DNA from: a plasmid
Length of the DNA: 64,000 bases
Sequence record: NZ_CP139428.1
Strand: one strand, 5' to 3'
The translations under genes and the position numbers were made by a program. Shown here piece after piece: positions 38,014 through 49,579 of the stretch. How positions within the stretch are numbered: position 1 is the first letter of the stretch; the number at the start of each line of letters is the position of its first letter. The notes below the pieces were generated by a model. It did not search any database, was not told where the DNA came from, and saw only the letters and a list, made by a program, of their open reading frames with translations.

Positions 38014-40201
38014 CGCTAAGGACATGACGCAGGGCGGGCAGATCGCCTTTATGCGCCTGCGCATGTTCACGCAGATCGGCAACCTGATTTTCTACTGCCT
38101 GTTTATCGCCTTCTTCCTGGTGGCGATTTGCACGCTGTTGTGGCGCGTGTCCATCCAGAACCTCACGAACGGCCTGATTTATTGGTGGGTCTGGATGGTG
38201 GAAGGCTGGCCGAGCATATCGCCGTCAGAGACCCTCTACCACCTGGATTATTACGGCAAGACGCTGACCTACACCGCCAAACAGGTGCTGCTCGACAGTT
38301 ACGTCTCCTACTGCGGTCAGCTGATTTGGCGTGAAGGGATCTTTGCCTGCATCGTGGCGGCCGTTGCGTGTGTGACGGGATTCGTGGTCACCGTGTGGAT
38401 ACTTGGCCGTCAGGGCAAGCAACAGAGCGAGGATGAAATAACCGGCGGGCGAACACTCACCGATAACCCTGCGGTGGTGGCCAACATGCTCAAACGCGAT
38501 GGTATGGCGTCCGATATCATTATTGATGGGCTGCCGCTGCTAAAAAACAGCGAGGTCAAAAACTTCTGCGCCATGGGCAGCGTCGGTACGGGTAAGTCAC
38601 GGCTGTATCGCAAGCTGATGGACTATGCACGCAAACGCGGTGACATGGTTATCGTCTACGACAAGTCCTGTGATTTTGTCAAAGACTACTACGATCCGCA
38701 GCACGATAAAATCCTCAACCCGCAGGATGCACGCTGCGTCGGCTGGGATTTATGGTCGGAATGTCTGACACTGCCGGACTTTGAGAACGTCGCCGATATC
38801 CTTATCCCCATGGGCAGCAACGAAGATCCGTTCTGGCAGGGGTCGGCCCGCACCATCTTTGTGGAAGCGGCCTACCGCATGCGCAATGACGAAGACCGCA
38901 GCTACGCCAAGTTGCTCAATACGCTGTTGTCCATCGATCTGCCGCGTCTGCGCGCTTATCTGGAGGGCACGCCGGCGGCCAACCTGGTGGACGGCAAAAT
39001 CGAGAAGACCGCCATCTCCATTCGCAGCGTGCTGACCAACTATGCCAAGGCACTGCGTTACATGCAGGGCGTAGAGAAACTGGGGGCACCGTTCACCATC
39101 CGTGACTGGATGCGCGGCGTGAAGGACAACGGCAAAAACGGCTGGTTGTTCCTGACCTCCGATTCAGCCAGCCACAAGGCGCTCAAACCGCTGATCTCCA
39201 TGTGGCTCTCTATCGCCTCACACAGCTTGTTATCAATGGGCGAGAACCCGGACCGCCGCGTCTGGATTTTTGCCGATGAATTACCCACCCTGCACAAGCT
39301 GCCGGACCTGGTGTCCATCGTGCCGGAAGCGCGCAAGTTCGGCGGATGCTTTGTGTTGGGATTCCAGACCTACTCTCAGCTTGAAGATATTTACGGCGTC
39401 AAGGCGGCGGCCACCCTGTTCGGGGTGCTGCGCACTCGATTCCTTTTCAGCGTACCGGATCGCGTGGGTGCCGAGTTCGCCGCCGGCGAAGTCGGTGAAA
39501 AAGAGTATCGCAAGGCCTCCGAGCAGTTTTCCTACGGGGCCGACCCCGTCAGGGACGGGGTGTCCGTCGGCAAGGATTTGGAGCGCATGCAACTGGTGAG
39601 CTACAGCGACATCCAGACGCTGCCTGATTTGTGCTGCTATGTGACGCTGCCGGGGCCGTATCCGGCCGTCAGGCTGCAGATGGTATACAAAAAAGTCAGG
39701 CAGGTTGCGCATCCCTATGAACCTCGCAAGATGGATGCCGCTGCCGATGGGCGGCTTATATCGGCGATCGAAATGCGGGAAGCCGAGACCGGCAATATGG
39801 ATACCTTGTTCGCTGCTACCCCTATCCTGCCGGCGGCAAGTGCGAACGAAACCGCTGATGCCCCTGTCGCTACCGTGAGCACAGTGCTGACAGAGACCTC
39901 CGTCAGTGATGTGCCTGTCGAGTCAGCTGCTGCCACCGCGACAGGGGGGCAGGAGGCGGAACTGAAACAGAAACCGGCGCCCGGTGATGATGATGCAGAA
40001 CGGGGGGAGCTGCCCCCCGGTATCAGTGGCGACGGCGAAGTGGTGGACATTGCGCAATATGAAGCCTGGCAGGCGCAGCAGCAGGCCATGGGGCAGCAAG
40101 CCATGCAGCGCCGGGAAGAGACCAACATCAATATCGACAGGCATCGGCGCGAACTGGCCGAAGTTCATCATGGGGACAGCGAACCGGGAGATGAATTCTG
40201 A
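38003..40201 (+). CDS. traD: TraD type IV coupling protein
   Basis: [22 protein letters not shown], Walker A GSVGTGKS, and near-identity to F TraD including the C-terminal [12 protein letters not shown]. Confidence 0.95.
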   Translation: MSFNAKDMTQGGQIAFMRLRMFTQIGNLIFYCLFIAFFLVAICTLLWRVSIQNLTNGLIYWWVWMVEGWPSISPSETLYHLDYYGKTLTYTAKQVLLDSYVSYCGQLIWREGIFACIVAAVACVTGFVVTVWILGRQGKQQSEDEITGGRTLTDNPAVVANMLKRDGMASDIIIDGLPLLKNSEVKNFCAMGSVGTGKSRLYRKLMDYARKRGDMVIVYDKSCDFVKDYYDPQHDKILNPQDARCVGWDLWSECLTLPDFENVADILIPMGSNEDPFWQGSARTIFVEAAYRMRNDEDRSYAKLLNTLLSIDLPRLRAYLEGTPAANLVDGKIEKTAISIRSVLTNYAKALRYMQGVEKLGAPFTIRDWMRGVKDNGKNGWLFLTSDSASHKALKPLISMWLSIASHSLLSMGENPDRRVWIFADELPTLHKLPDLVSIVPEARKFGGCFVLGFQTYSQLEDIYGVKAAATLFGVLRTRFLFSVPDRVGAEFAAGEVGEKEYRKASEQFSYGADPVRDGVSVGKDLERMQLVSYSDIQTLPDLCCYVTLPGPYPAVRLQMVYKKVRQVAHPYEPRKMDAAADGRLISAIEMREAETGNMDTLFAATPILPAASANETADAPVATVSTVLTETSVSDVPVESAAATATGGQEAELKQKPAPGDDDAERGELPPGISGDGEVVDIAQYEAWQAQQQAMGQQAMQRREETNINIDRHRRELAEVHHGDSEPGDEF

Positions 40202-43200
40202 TGATGAGCATTGGCCAGGTCGGCCCCGCCGGTAAAGCCGGCGACTACTACACCCATCAAGACAACTACTACGTGCTGGGCAGCATGGACGAACGCTGGG
40301 TGGGCCAGGGCGCGGAAGCCCTGGGCCTGTCTGGCAAGGTGGACGTTAAAGATTTCGTAGCCGTGCTGGAAGGCAAGTTGCCGGACGGCAGTGACCTGAC
40401 CCGGATGGTCGGTGGCGAGAATAAGCACCGCCCCGGCTATGACCTGACGTTTTCGGCGCCCAAAAGCGTTTCCATCATGGCGATGTTGGGCGGCGATAAA
40501 CGCCTTATTGCCGCGCATAACCACGCGGTAGAAGTCGCGGTGCGGGAGGTCGAGAAACTGGCCTCAACCCGCAGCATGACCGAGGGTGTCTCCGAGACCA
40601 GGCTGACCGGCAACCTGGTGGTGGCGCTGTTTAACCACGATACCTCACGCGACCTTGACCCACAAATGCACACCCATGCAGTGGTGGCCAACGTCACGCA
40701 GCATGACGGGAAATGGCAGACGCTGTCCTCAGATACGGTCGGCAAGACCGGGTTTATCGAGAGCGTGTATGCCAATCAGGTGGCTTTCGGGCAGATATAC
40801 CGCCATGTGCTGCGTCAGGATACGGAAGCCATGGGGTATCAAACCGAGAACGTCGGGCCGCACGGCATGTGGGAGTTTAAAGGTATGGAGAACGTAATTG
40901 ACGTGTTCTCTAAACGCAACCATGCCATCGACGCCGCCGCTGGCCCAGATGCCTCACTCAAATCACGCGATATGGCGACGCTCGACACCCGCAAAGCCAA
41001 GGTCGCCAGCGATCCGGCTGCCCTGGCGGTCGAGTGGCTGCAGGAAATGAAGTCCGCCGGCTTTGATGCCAAAGCCTATCTGGCCGAGGCGCAGTCTCGC
41101 ACGATGGTGACGCAGTCCCCGACGCCGCTGGAGGCGGGGGGCGACGTGCTTGTCGACCAGGCCGTGGGGCAGGCCATTTCAGCGCTCTCTGACCGGCAGG
41201 TCAACTTCACGCACAACCAGGTGGCCAACAAGGCCATCAGCTACCTCTCCGGGGAGCCGGGCATGCTGGACGCGGTGCGTGACGGCATCGACCGCGCCAT
41301 CGAACGCGAGCAGCTTATTCCGCTCGACAAGGAGAAGGGCGTCTTTACCTCCGATATTCATCTGCTCGATGAGCTGAGTGTGGCGCAGCTCAGCCGCACG
41401 CACCTTGACGAGAGCGCGGTGGTGATAGGTGCGCCAAAGTCTGACCCGCGCACCGGAAGCCACCCGGCCTACAGCGATGCCGTGCAGACGCTTGCGCAGC
41501 ATGCACCGGCGATGGCGGTGTTGTCGGGCATTGGGGGGGCATCGGTAAACCGTTCCCGCGTGGCGGAAGTGGTGGAGCTGGCGCGTGAGCAGGGCCGCGA
41601 CGCCACCGTGCTGACCGTTGATCGGCAGTCACAGCAGTATCTGCAGCAAAGCGTCCATCTCGATGAAGACCGCGTGGTGACGCGTGCCGCGCTCGGCAGC
41701 GAGGCGCTGTTTGCGCCGAACAGCACGCTGGTCGTTGACCAGGCAGAGAAATTGACGCTCAAGGAGACCGTGGCGCTGCTGGATGGCGCCGTGCGTAACA
41801 ACGTGCAGCTGGTGCTGATGGATACCGAAAAGCGCAAGGGAACGGGCAATGCCCTCGCCGTCATGAAAGAGGCCGGTGTACCCCGCTATCAGTTCAGTGG
41901 CTGTCAGGCGGTGGTGGCAGAAGTGGTGAGCGAGCCGGACAAGGCGCAACGCTTCGGCCAGCTGGCCAAAGGCGTGGTGCAGGCATTTGTCGAAGACCGG
42001 CCGGCGGTGGCACAGGTGAACGGCCCGGCCGACCAGCGGATGTTGACGGCCATGATCCGTGACGAGCTGAAAGATGCCGGGCTGCTGGGACGGGAAGAGA
42101 CCACCGTGACGACGCTGACACCGGTATGGCTGGACAGCAAAAATCGGGGCGCCATCGATACCTACCGGGAAGGCATGGTGATGGAGCGCTGGGATGCGGA
42201 GAGCCGGCAGCGCGAGCGGTTCGTTATCGACCGGGTCGGTTCGCAAACGCGCAACCTGGTGTTGCGTAACGCCGAGGGTGAAAAGCACACGCTGGCCGTC
42301 AAAGAGGTGGACAAGGACTGGTCGTTGTTCCGGGCCGGTACGATGGGTGTTGCCGACGGCGAACGCCTGCGGGTGCTGGGTCAGGAAGGACGGGGCAAGG
42401 ATGCGCTGAAGGCCGGCACGGCGCTGACGGTTGTTCGTGCCGGCGCCGGCGAGCTGCAGGTGCGCGTGGCCGGCGAGCCGGATGCGACGCAGAAGCCGGC
42501 GGACCGAGCGCTTGCGGTCGGCAGCGATGTTTTCAGCGCCGTCAAGGTGGCGCCGGCGTATGTGGAAAGCCTCGGCGCATCGGTGAGCAGTACGGCGGCG
42601 GTCTATGCCGCGGTGAAGAAAAACGAGCTTAACAGCGCCACGTTGAGTGGCATTGCCCGCAGTGGCGGACACATCACCCTGTATTCAGCGCTCGATGCGC
42701 GCAAGACGCAGGAGAAAGTGGCCCAGCATCCGGCGTACCGTCTGGCAGGCGAGCAGGTCAAACAACTGGCCGGTGAGGAGGGGCTTGATGCCGCGATCGC
42801 CGGGCAAAAATCATCACTGTTTACCCCGGCACAGCAGGCCATTCATCTGGCCATTCCGACGCTGGAAGGGGATAGCGTCGCGTTTGGTCAGGCCAAACTG
42901 CTCGCCGGCAGTCTCGGTTTTGCGGCCAAAGGCGTGTCGATGGAGGCCATCCAGACGGAAATCGAGGCGCAGGTCAAACGCGGGGAGCTGCTGAAAGTGG
43001 ATGTTGCATCCGGCGTCGGGGCGGACTTGCTGGTCTCGCGCGCCAGCTTCGAGGCGGAGAAAAGCATTATCCGACTGATCGCCGACGGTAAGGACAGCCT
43101 GCCGCCGTTGGTAACAACCAGTAGCAAAACCCACAACGAGGACGGCCCCGGTCAGCGGGAGGGAAAGGTGGCTCCGTACCTGACCCAGGGACAGCGGCAG

Positions 43201-45507
43201 GCTGTCGACCTTATTTTAAACACAACCGACCGATTTGTGGCAATACAGGGCTATGCGGGGGTGGGGAAAACCACCCAGTTCAAGGCGGTGCTCGCCGGGA
43301 TAGAGCAGTTGCCTGAAAGCGAGCGGCCGCGCGTCGTGGGGCTGGCGCCAACGCACCGTGCGGTGGGGGAAATGCAGGCGGCCGGCGTCGATGCCCAAAC
43401 GCTGGCGTCGTTCCTGCACGATGAGGGGCTGAAGGTCGCCGGCGGCGAGAAACCGGACTACCGCAACACGCTGTTTGTGGTGGATGAGAGTTCGATGGTG
43501 GGCAACAGCGACATGGCGCGCACCTACGCGTTGATTGCCGAGGGCAACGGCCGCGCGGTGATGAGCGGTGACGAAGCCCAGCTGGAAGCGATTGCGCCGG
43601 GCGCGCCGTTCCGGCTGGCGCAGGGGCGTAGTGCCATCGACATGGCGGTCATGAAAGAGATTGTGCGCCAGACCCCCGAGCTGAAACCGGCGGTGTACAA
43701 GATGATTGATAATGATGTGCCCGGCGCGCTGGACGTGGTGCGCGCCGTGGCGCCGGCCAACGTGCCCCGACAAGCCGATGCCTGGGTGCCGGCGCAGTCG
43801 GTCGTTGAATATCCCGCCAAGGGGCCGGATGACATTCATGCCGCGATTGTCAGCGATTACCTGGGACGCACCGAGGCGGCCCGGCGCGATACGCTCATTA
43901 TCACCCACCTTAATGCCGACCGGCACATCATCAATGCCGGCATTCACCAGGAACGTAAATCGGCGGGCGAGCTGAAGGGGGCGTCCGTCAGTCTGCCCAT
44001 CCTTGAGAGCGCCAATATTCGTGACGGCGAGCTGCGCAAGCTGGACACCTGGGCGCGTCACCGGGACGCCGTGGTCCTGCTGGATAACACCTACTACCGG
44101 ATGGCCGACATCGACAGTCAGTCCCGTACCGTCAGCCTGCAGGACAGTGAGGGTAATACCCGGCAGTTTTCCCCGGCCAGTGCGGTGCGCGAAGGCGTCA
44201 CGCTGTACAACCCGCGCACCATCGAGGTGAACGTGGGCGACCGCATGCGCTTCTCCAAATCGGACGTCGAACGCGGGCATGTGGCCAACAGCGTCTGGAC
44301 GGTCGAGGCGATAAAAGGTGACATGGTCACGCTTTCCGATGGGCAACAGACCCGTACCGTCAATCCCCGCGAGCAGCAACACGACCGGCACGTCGATTTG
44401 GCCTATGCCATCACCGCCCACGGTGCCCAGGGGGCCAGCGAACGTTTTGCCATCACGCTCGAGGGTGTGGAAGGCGGGCGTGAGCCGCTGGTCAACCGGG
44501 CGTCGGCCTATGTGGCGCTCTCGCGCGCCAAGGAGCACGTGCAGGTGTACACCGATAACGAAGCCGGGTGGCTGAACGCCATCGGCAAGGCGAAGGCGCG
44601 CACCACGGCCCATGATGCGGTGCTGGGGATGACGCCGGGCAGCCAGAAAGCGGCCGCCGACCTCTACGGCAAAGCGGTCCCTTTATCCGACAACGCGCTG
44701 GGGCGCGCGGTGCTGCGCGGGAGCCAACTTACCGGCGACACGCTGGCGCACTATGTGTCGCCGGGCAAGAAATACCCGCAGCCCCACGCCATGCTGCCGA
44801 TGTATGACGCCAACGGCAAACCGGCCGGCGCCTGGCTGGCACCGCTGGCGGATATCCAGGGGAAAAGCGTTGGCGGACTGCCGACGCAGGGGCGAGTGTT
44901 CGGCAGTGACAGCGCGCAGTTCGTGGCGCTGCAGGGGAGCCGCAACAACGAGACCAGGCTGGCCGGGACGATGCAGGACGGTATCCGGCTGGCGGCACGC
45001 TATCCCGACAGTGGCGTGGTGGTACGCCTGCAGGGTGACGGCGTGCCGTTCAACCCTCAGGCGATGACCGGTGGCAGGGTGTGGGTGAACGACGAGACGC
45101 TCAAGGCCACTGCACGGGAGAGCGTCGCGTCCGACAGTGTCATCACATTGCCGGAGAGTCCGGAAGAACGCCTGCAGCGTGAACTGCAGACGCAGGCCGA
45201 CAAACTGGGCCGCGAGAAGACCACCCCTGGCTCGCAGCGGCTGGCCGGGCTTAACGACGAACAGCTGCGTGCGTTGCTTGCGCGCGGCGAACTGCGCGCC
45301 GAGGACGTGAAAGCGCGTCTGCCGGAGGCGGTCATGCGGGAGGTGATGGGTCAGGATGCGGCACTGCGGGTCGATGCCGCTGTCCGGCAGGTGGCGCGCG
45401 AGCCGGTATCAACACGCAGCCGGCTGCAGCAGGACGAACAGAATCTGGTGCGCGATACCCATCCCGAGCGGGAACTGAACAAAGAGAAAACCCTGGGCGG
45501 CGACTAA
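40201..45507 (+). CDS. traI: TraI MOB-F relaxase-helicase
   Basis: [18 protein letters not shown] ... HDTSRDLDPQMHTHAVVAN 3-His motif and a C-terminal EKTLGGD. 1768 aa and collinear with F TraI. Confidence 0.95.
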   Translation: MMSIGQVGPAGKAGDYYTHQDNYYVLGSMDERWVGQGAEALGLSGKVDVKDFVAVLEGKLPDGSDLTRMVGGENKHRPGYDLTFSAPKSVSIMAMLGGDKRLIAAHNHAVEVAVREVEKLASTRSMTEGVSETRLTGNLVVALFNHDTSRDLDPQMHTHAVVANVTQHDGKWQTLSSDTVGKTGFIESVYANQVAFGQIYRHVLRQDTEAMGYQTENVGPHGMWEFKGMENVIDVFSKRNHAIDAAAGPDASLKSRDMATLDTRKAKVASDPAALAVEWLQEMKSAGFDAKAYLAEAQSRTMVTQSPTPLEAGGDVLVDQAVGQAISALSDRQVNFTHNQVANKAISYLSGEPGMLDAVRDGIDRAIEREQLIPLDKEKGVFTSDIHLLDELSVAQLSRTHLDESAVVIGAPKSDPRTGSHPAYSDAVQTLAQHAPAMAVLSGIGGASVNRSRVAEVVELAREQGRDATVLTVDRQSQQYLQQSVHLDEDRVVTRAALGSEALFAPNSTLVVDQAEKLTLKETVALLDGAVRNNVQLVLMDTEKRKGTGNALAVMKEAGVPRYQFSGCQAVVAEVVSEPDKAQRFGQLAKGVVQAFVEDRPAVAQVNGPADQRMLTAMIRDELKDAGLLGREETTVTTLTPVWLDSKNRGAIDTYREGMVMERWDAESRQRERFVIDRVGSQTRNLVLRNAEGEKHTLAVKEVDKDWSLFRAGTMGVADGERLRVLGQEGRGKDALKAGTALTVVRAGAGELQVRVAGEPDATQKPADRALAVGSDVFSAVKVAPAYVESLGASVSSTAAVYAAVKKNELNSATLSGIARSGGHITLYSALDARKTQEKVAQHPAYRLAGEQVKQLAGEEGLDAAIAGQKSSLFTPAQQAIHLAIPTLEGDSVAFGQAKLLAGSLGFAAKGVSMEAIQTEIEAQVKRGELLKVDVASGVGADLLVSRASFEAEKSIIRLIADGKDSLPPLVTTSSKTHNEDGPGQREGKVAPYLTQGQRQAVDLILNTTDRFVAIQGYAGVGKTTQFKAVLAGIEQLPESERPRVVGLAPTHRAVGEMQAAGVDAQTLASFLHDEGLKVAGGEKPDYRNTLFVVDESSMVGNSDMARTYALIAEGNGRAVMSGDEAQLEAIAPGAPFRLAQGRSAIDMAVMKEIVRQTPELKPAVYKMIDNDVPGALDVVRAVAPANVPRQADAWVPAQSVVEYPAKGPDDIHAAIVSDYLGRTEAARRDTLIITHLNADRHIINAGIHQERKSAGELKGASVSLPILESANIRDGELRKLDTWARHRDAVVLLDNTYYRMADIDSQSRTVSLQDSEGNTRQFSPASAVREGVTLYNPRTIEVNVGDRMRFSKSDVERGHVANSVWTVEAIKGDMVTLSDGQQTRTVNPREQQHDRHVDLAYAITAHGAQGASERFAITLEGVEGGREPLVNRASAYVALSRAKEHVQVYTDNEAGWLNAIGKAKARTTAHDAVLGMTPGSQKAAADLYGKAVPLSDNALGRAVLRGSQLTGDTLAHYVSPGKKYPQPHAMLPMYDANGKPAGAWLAPLADIQGKSVGGLPTQGRVFGSDSAQFVALQGSRNNETRLAGTMQDGIRLAARYPDSGVVVRLQGDGVPFNPQAMTGGRVWVNDETLKATARESVASDSVITLPESPEERLQRELQTQADKLGREKTTPGSQRLAGLNDEQLRALLARGELRAEDVKARLPEAVMREVMGQDAALRVDAAVRQVAREPVSTRSRLQQDEQNLVRDTHPERELNKEKTLGGD

Positions 45508-45585
45508 CGCGCTGCGCTTGTCCAACGCCGTGCGAGACAGGTGACGAGCCCCTGTCCCGCACGGCATTACCTAAAGGAAGCACGG

Positions 45586-45804
45586 ATGAACACAACTCAA
45601 AACGTATCAACGACGCAGGGCGTCTTGTTAACCACTGCGGTCTTGCTGTCCGGGGCCGCGACGCTATGGGGATATGTGCAGTGGGACGTGCTGAGCGACC
45701 TGCCGCTGTATTGGCGCAATGCGCTTGTCCCGTTGCCGCTGCTGGTCTTCATGAGCTTGAAGCACCTGCAGGCGCGGCTGAACAGGGCGGACAAGCATGA
45801 GTAA
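45586..45804 (+). CDS. Small hypothetical membrane protein
   Basis: ORF with one or two hydrophobic helices. Confidence 0.3.
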   Translation: MNTTQNVSTTQGVLLTTAVLLSGAATLWGYVQWDVLSDLPLYWRNALVPLPLLVFMSLKHLQARLNRADKHE

Positions 45805-46351
45805 GGCACCGCGACTCCCCGCCCGCGTGCTTGGCGTTGCCGCCCTGGTGCTCAGCGGCTGGCTACCGGCATCGCCCCTGTTGGCGGCGCCGGCGGTACA
45901 GGTGGGGTTTTCACCGGAAGGGTCGGCGCAGCAGCTGGTACTGAGCGTTATCGGTGAGGCGCAGCGCGATATTCGCCTGATGGGGTACGCCTTTACCTCG
46001 CCGGAGGTGGCGCGGGCGCTGATTGCGGCGCACCGGCGCGGCGTGACTGTCGGGGTGGTGGTCGATGCGAAGGCCAACCAGAATGGCGCCGGCCGGGCGG
46101 CATTGAACCTGCTGGCCAACGCCGGCGTGAACGTCAGGACGGTCAACAGCTATAAAATTTTGCACGACAAGGTGATCGTCGTGGATGGCGTGACGACCGA
46201 AACGGGAAGCTTTAATTTCAGCCGATCGGCACATCGCGCCAACTCAGAAAATGTGGTGGTGCTGCGCGACATGCCGGAGGTGGCCAAACAGTACCTGGCG
46301 CACTGGCAATCCCGCTGGGCGCAGGGCCAGGACTGGCAGTCGACTTACTAA
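45797..46351 (+). CDS. nuc: Phospholipase-D family periplasmic endonuclease (Nuc-like)
   Basis: Signal peptide and the HKD motif HDKVIVVDG ... GSFNFS, about 184 aa, like Nuc of pKM101. Confidence 0.8.
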   Translation: MSKAPRLPARVLGVAALVLSGWLPASPLLAAPAVQVGFSPEGSAQQLVLSVIGEAQRDIRLMGYAFTSPEVARALIAAHRRGVTVGVVVDAKANQNGAGRAALNLLANAGVNVRTVNSYKILHDKVIVVDGVTTETGSFNFSRSAHRANSENVVVLRDMPEVAKQYLAHWQSRWAQGQDWQSTY

Positions 46352-46364
46352 GAAAGGAAATCGG

Positions 46365-47147
46365 ATGGCGATGTTTGATCCGCACAGCGGAAAACTGCAG
46401 CAGGTGCGCGAAGTGGTGCACTTCACCCCGTTGCAGCAGGACGTACTGAAATTTTTGGCGCTGGTGCTGATGGTGTTCGACCACGCCAACCGGGCGCTGG
46501 GGCTGCATGAGCCGGTGCTGTTGCTGCTGGGGCGCGGGGCGTTTCCGCTGTTCGCCCTGCTGTGGGGGTACAATCTGGCCTCGCGGCCTGTCCGGCAGGC
46601 GCAGGCGACCCGGCTGTGGATATGGGCCGTGGTTGCCCAGCCGGGCTACTGGCTGGTGATGCGTCATGACGGGCGTGAATTTTTTGATCCGAACATTCTT
46701 TTCTTGTTCGCCGTGGTAACGCAAGCGCTTGTGCTGACTTCACGGCCAATGAGCAAAGGTTCACCTAACCCGTTGTTGGTCGGTGTCGTTCTGTTGGCTT
46801 TGTGGGGTGTTTATGGCGCTACAGACGGTACTTACGGTACTGCCGGCGTTCTGTTGCTGTTGGCCAGTTATGGGCTGTGCGTTTCCCTGCCGGGGTACGT
46901 GACGGCCGTCTGGCCGGTGCGCGGGCTGGCGATCGTGGCCTGGCCGCTCTTGGTACTGATGCTCAATGCCGAGCTGGGCGGCACGATGATGCTGGCCGGG
47001 TTATTGTTGCCGGCACTGCTCATCCTGGGGACGCTGCCGCTGGCGACGGCGTTCAATCAACGGCGCCTGTTGCCGCGGGGGTTTTTCCTGCAGACCTACG
47101 TGGCGCACCTGCTGGCGCTGGGGCTGGCCGGCGTGTTTTTACACTGA
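46365..47147 (+). CDS. traX: TraX pilin acetyltransferase
   Basis: LKFLALVLMVFDHANRALGL ... GRGAFPLFALLWGYNL matches F TraX. Confidence 0.85.
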   Translation: MAMFDPHSGKLQQVREVVHFTPLQQDVLKFLALVLMVFDHANRALGLHEPVLLLLGRGAFPLFALLWGYNLASRPVRQAQATRLWIWAVVAQPGYWLVMRHDGREFFDPNILFLFAVVTQALVLTSRPMSKGSPNPLLVGVVLLALWGVYGATDGTYGTAGVLLLLASYGLCVSLPGYVTAVWPVRGLAIVAWPLLVLMLNAELGGTMMLAGLLLPALLILGTLPLATAFNQRRLLPRGFFLQTYVAHLLALGLAGVFLH

Positions 47148-47359
47148 GTCGCCGCTGATGTTACTAACCGCTTCGCACTTTGCCCAGGCCTCGTTACTTG
47201 ACCAGGTGACGATCGCCACGGCCGCGGGGCGCGTTGTCCGCTTTACCGATATGATGGCTTTTGGTAGAGTGGGAAAAATTTTGCATTCGATGGTTGTCCA
47301 CGCCAGAAGGTGGACGGGATGGAGCGGAGCTCCAGACGCAAAAACCCCCGGATTACGCA

Positions 47360-47419
47360 TGAACTTTGGTCGGTACGCGCGTAAATCCGGGGGTCACAAG
47401 CAGGCCTGCCGCCTGTAAG
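47360..47419 (+). CDS. Candidate 19-aa leader peptide upstream of repA
   Basis: MNFGRYARKSGGHKQACRL sits where IncFII replicons have the tap leader. Inferred. Confidence 0.25.
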
Positions 47420-47621
47420 GAAGTATACTGTATGCGTATCCTACGTCAATCCCCCCTGCCGACCCTAAGTGCAGGGGAACGTGCATAGTCAAAATGCCGC
47501 GCAGGTAAATCCTGTAAAATCAACCATTTCACGCCGTGGTGCCAATAATGCGCAGCGGCGCGGGCAACAAAAAATTCATCGTCGTTACACCCCAAACCTG
47601 TGCTGCCGGGTGCCGAAGGGC

Positions 47622-48569
47622 ATGGCGAGCAAGGTGGTGGCGCGCATGAGCAGCCACGACTGGCGGCGCAATGATGACCTGATCGGCCTGCGCCGGCAGG
47701 GTTATATCCCTTATACCCAACGCAACAATCCGGACTACCGTCCCAAACCGATGCGTATTGCTGCGCGTTCGGAAAGCCGCGAGGCGCTGACGGTGCTCTC
47801 GATGGTGCTGGGCGCCAACTGCGACTACAACCCGGACAGCGACTACCCGTTCGAGATCATGCTGCCGTTCGAGGACGTGGCCAAAGCGATGGGGGTGCTG
47901 CACGTCTACGAAAGCGGCCGCAAGGCGTATGACGTGGCGTTGCATGCGCTGTCGGTGCTCGAGCAGCTGGACTACCTCATCGTGTCGCGCGGGCAGGATA
48001 CTGACACCGGTCAGAACAAGCCACTGCGCATCTGGTTGACGGAGAACTTCTTCACCAGTCGCGGCATCCAGGTGGACGAAATTCGCCAGTGGCTGAATCA
48101 GTACCGGCTGTGGGCGATTAAAAACGGCCTGACCGAAACGCTCAGGCAAAAATACGAGCGCCACCTGGTGCGCATCGCGCATCTGGGGATCGACATCGAG
48201 CGCAAGCACTCGCTGAAAAACCGGCTGAAAAAGATCCGGCGCTGGGTAGTGAGCCCCGATCTGCAAAACCTCAAGCGCAACGCGGAGCAGGTGATTGGCA
48301 ACGAACTGGCCAGGCGGCAGCAGAACGAGCAGCGGTTGGATACGTTGCTGGATGACACCGCTGCCGGCATCAAAAAACTGGCCACCGCCCGGCGCCAGAA
48401 GCAGAACGGCTTTTATCAGGCCTGGGTGCAGTGGACGATGGGCAGCTCGCCGCTGAAGGCGATGCAGCTGGAGAATACGCTCAAGCATGAACAGCCCGGA
48501 CTGCTGAACAGCGATCCGGAGGCGTTCTATCGCTTGCTGCTGGAGCGCGCCGGCGCTATCCCCGCCTAA
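47622..48569 (+). CDS. repA: IncFII-family RepA replication initiator
   Basis: Central region collinear with R100 RepA1. Located downstream of traX as in F-like plasmids. Start taken at MASKVV. Confidence 0.6.
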   Translation: MASKVVARMSSHDWRRNDDLIGLRRQGYIPYTQRNNPDYRPKPMRIAARSESREALTVLSMVLGANCDYNPDSDYPFEIMLPFEDVAKAMGVLHVYESGRKAYDVALHALSVLEQLDYLIVSRGQDTDTGQNKPLRIWLTENFFTSRGIQVDEIRQWLNQYRLWAIKNGLTETLRQKYERHLVRIAHLGIDIERKHSLKNRLKKIRRWVVSPDLQNLKRNAEQVIGNELARRQQNEQRLDTLLDDTAAGIKKLATARRQKQNGFYQAWVQWTMGSSPLKAMQLENTLKHEQPGLLNSDPEAFYRLLLERAGAIPA

Positions 48570-48744
48570 CTTCCTCCCACATACAGAATTGTTACCCTGC
48601 CTGACCCGCGGGGGTTTTGTGCTGCCTGTTTCCCGCCGCTGATGCCAGGTTGGCCATTCGGCCGGGGTGTTTCGGCTGATGTCGGCGTGATTTTCACGGC
48701 CGCCGACGGCGATCCGGGGCGTTGCTAACATCGATCGGCAACGA

Positions 48745-48830
48745 ATAAACCCTTAACTTCGACATTAACTTCGTAGGCAGTATTAACTTCGAAATATCAC
48801 TCGGAGAGATGCTTAATTTCGAAGGTTGTT
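48745..48830. repeat. Direct repeats TTAACTTCGA x3 plus TTAATTTCGA downstream of repA; candidate origin element
   Basis: Seen in the sequence. Confidence 0.3.
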
Positions 48831-49579
48831 TCTGAACAAACTAAGCCCTTTAAATAAAGGGAGTCACTCAGCGCACCGGCTTTCGCCGTTGCTGTTGAGT
48901 ACCTCCCTCACTTTGTTCGGGCAAAAAACAGAGCCTTACTCAGTTCCATGCCTCTCTTAACAAAAACCTGATGTAGCACCTGCAGTCACGACTGCAGGCA
49001 AAAGGACCTGCACCCACGCCGGAACCGCCGAAATTTCCCAACCAATGAAATTAGCCAACCTTAGCCCCACAAACCTCCTCACCACCGCTGAAAAGCGGCC
49101 CCGCCCCCCGGCCAAAGGCCGGGGAACTGTGTCGCTTTTAATGATGGATGTTGTAACTAGCATTTAAATCGCTGTCAGAAGTGTTGCTGAACGTTCTTCT
49201 TACACGCCCGTAAGCGGCCCTACGGCCCGCTAACGCGGAGATACGCCACAGCTGCGGCTACGCCTTGCTGTGACCACTCCGACGGCGCACACAACGATGC
49301 ACAACGCGTTTAGCGGAACTGGTCTTGCAGGGCGAGGGATGGGATAGGTGAAATCTATCAAAACAGGGCGGCTTCGCCGCGTCTCCGGCGACCCTGACCA
49401 AATGGTGTTCTCTTACCGCGCGGCTGTCGCCTCCATGCGCTGAAGCGCATACAGGGGCGATGTTGTGAGGACTATGGAACAACACGGGCTAATCGCTGTA
49501 ACGGTATCGACTGGGTAAATTACTGGTTGTGCATACAGTTGTCTGCGCTGCCTATTTAATCGCAAAGAGGAGATACGTT

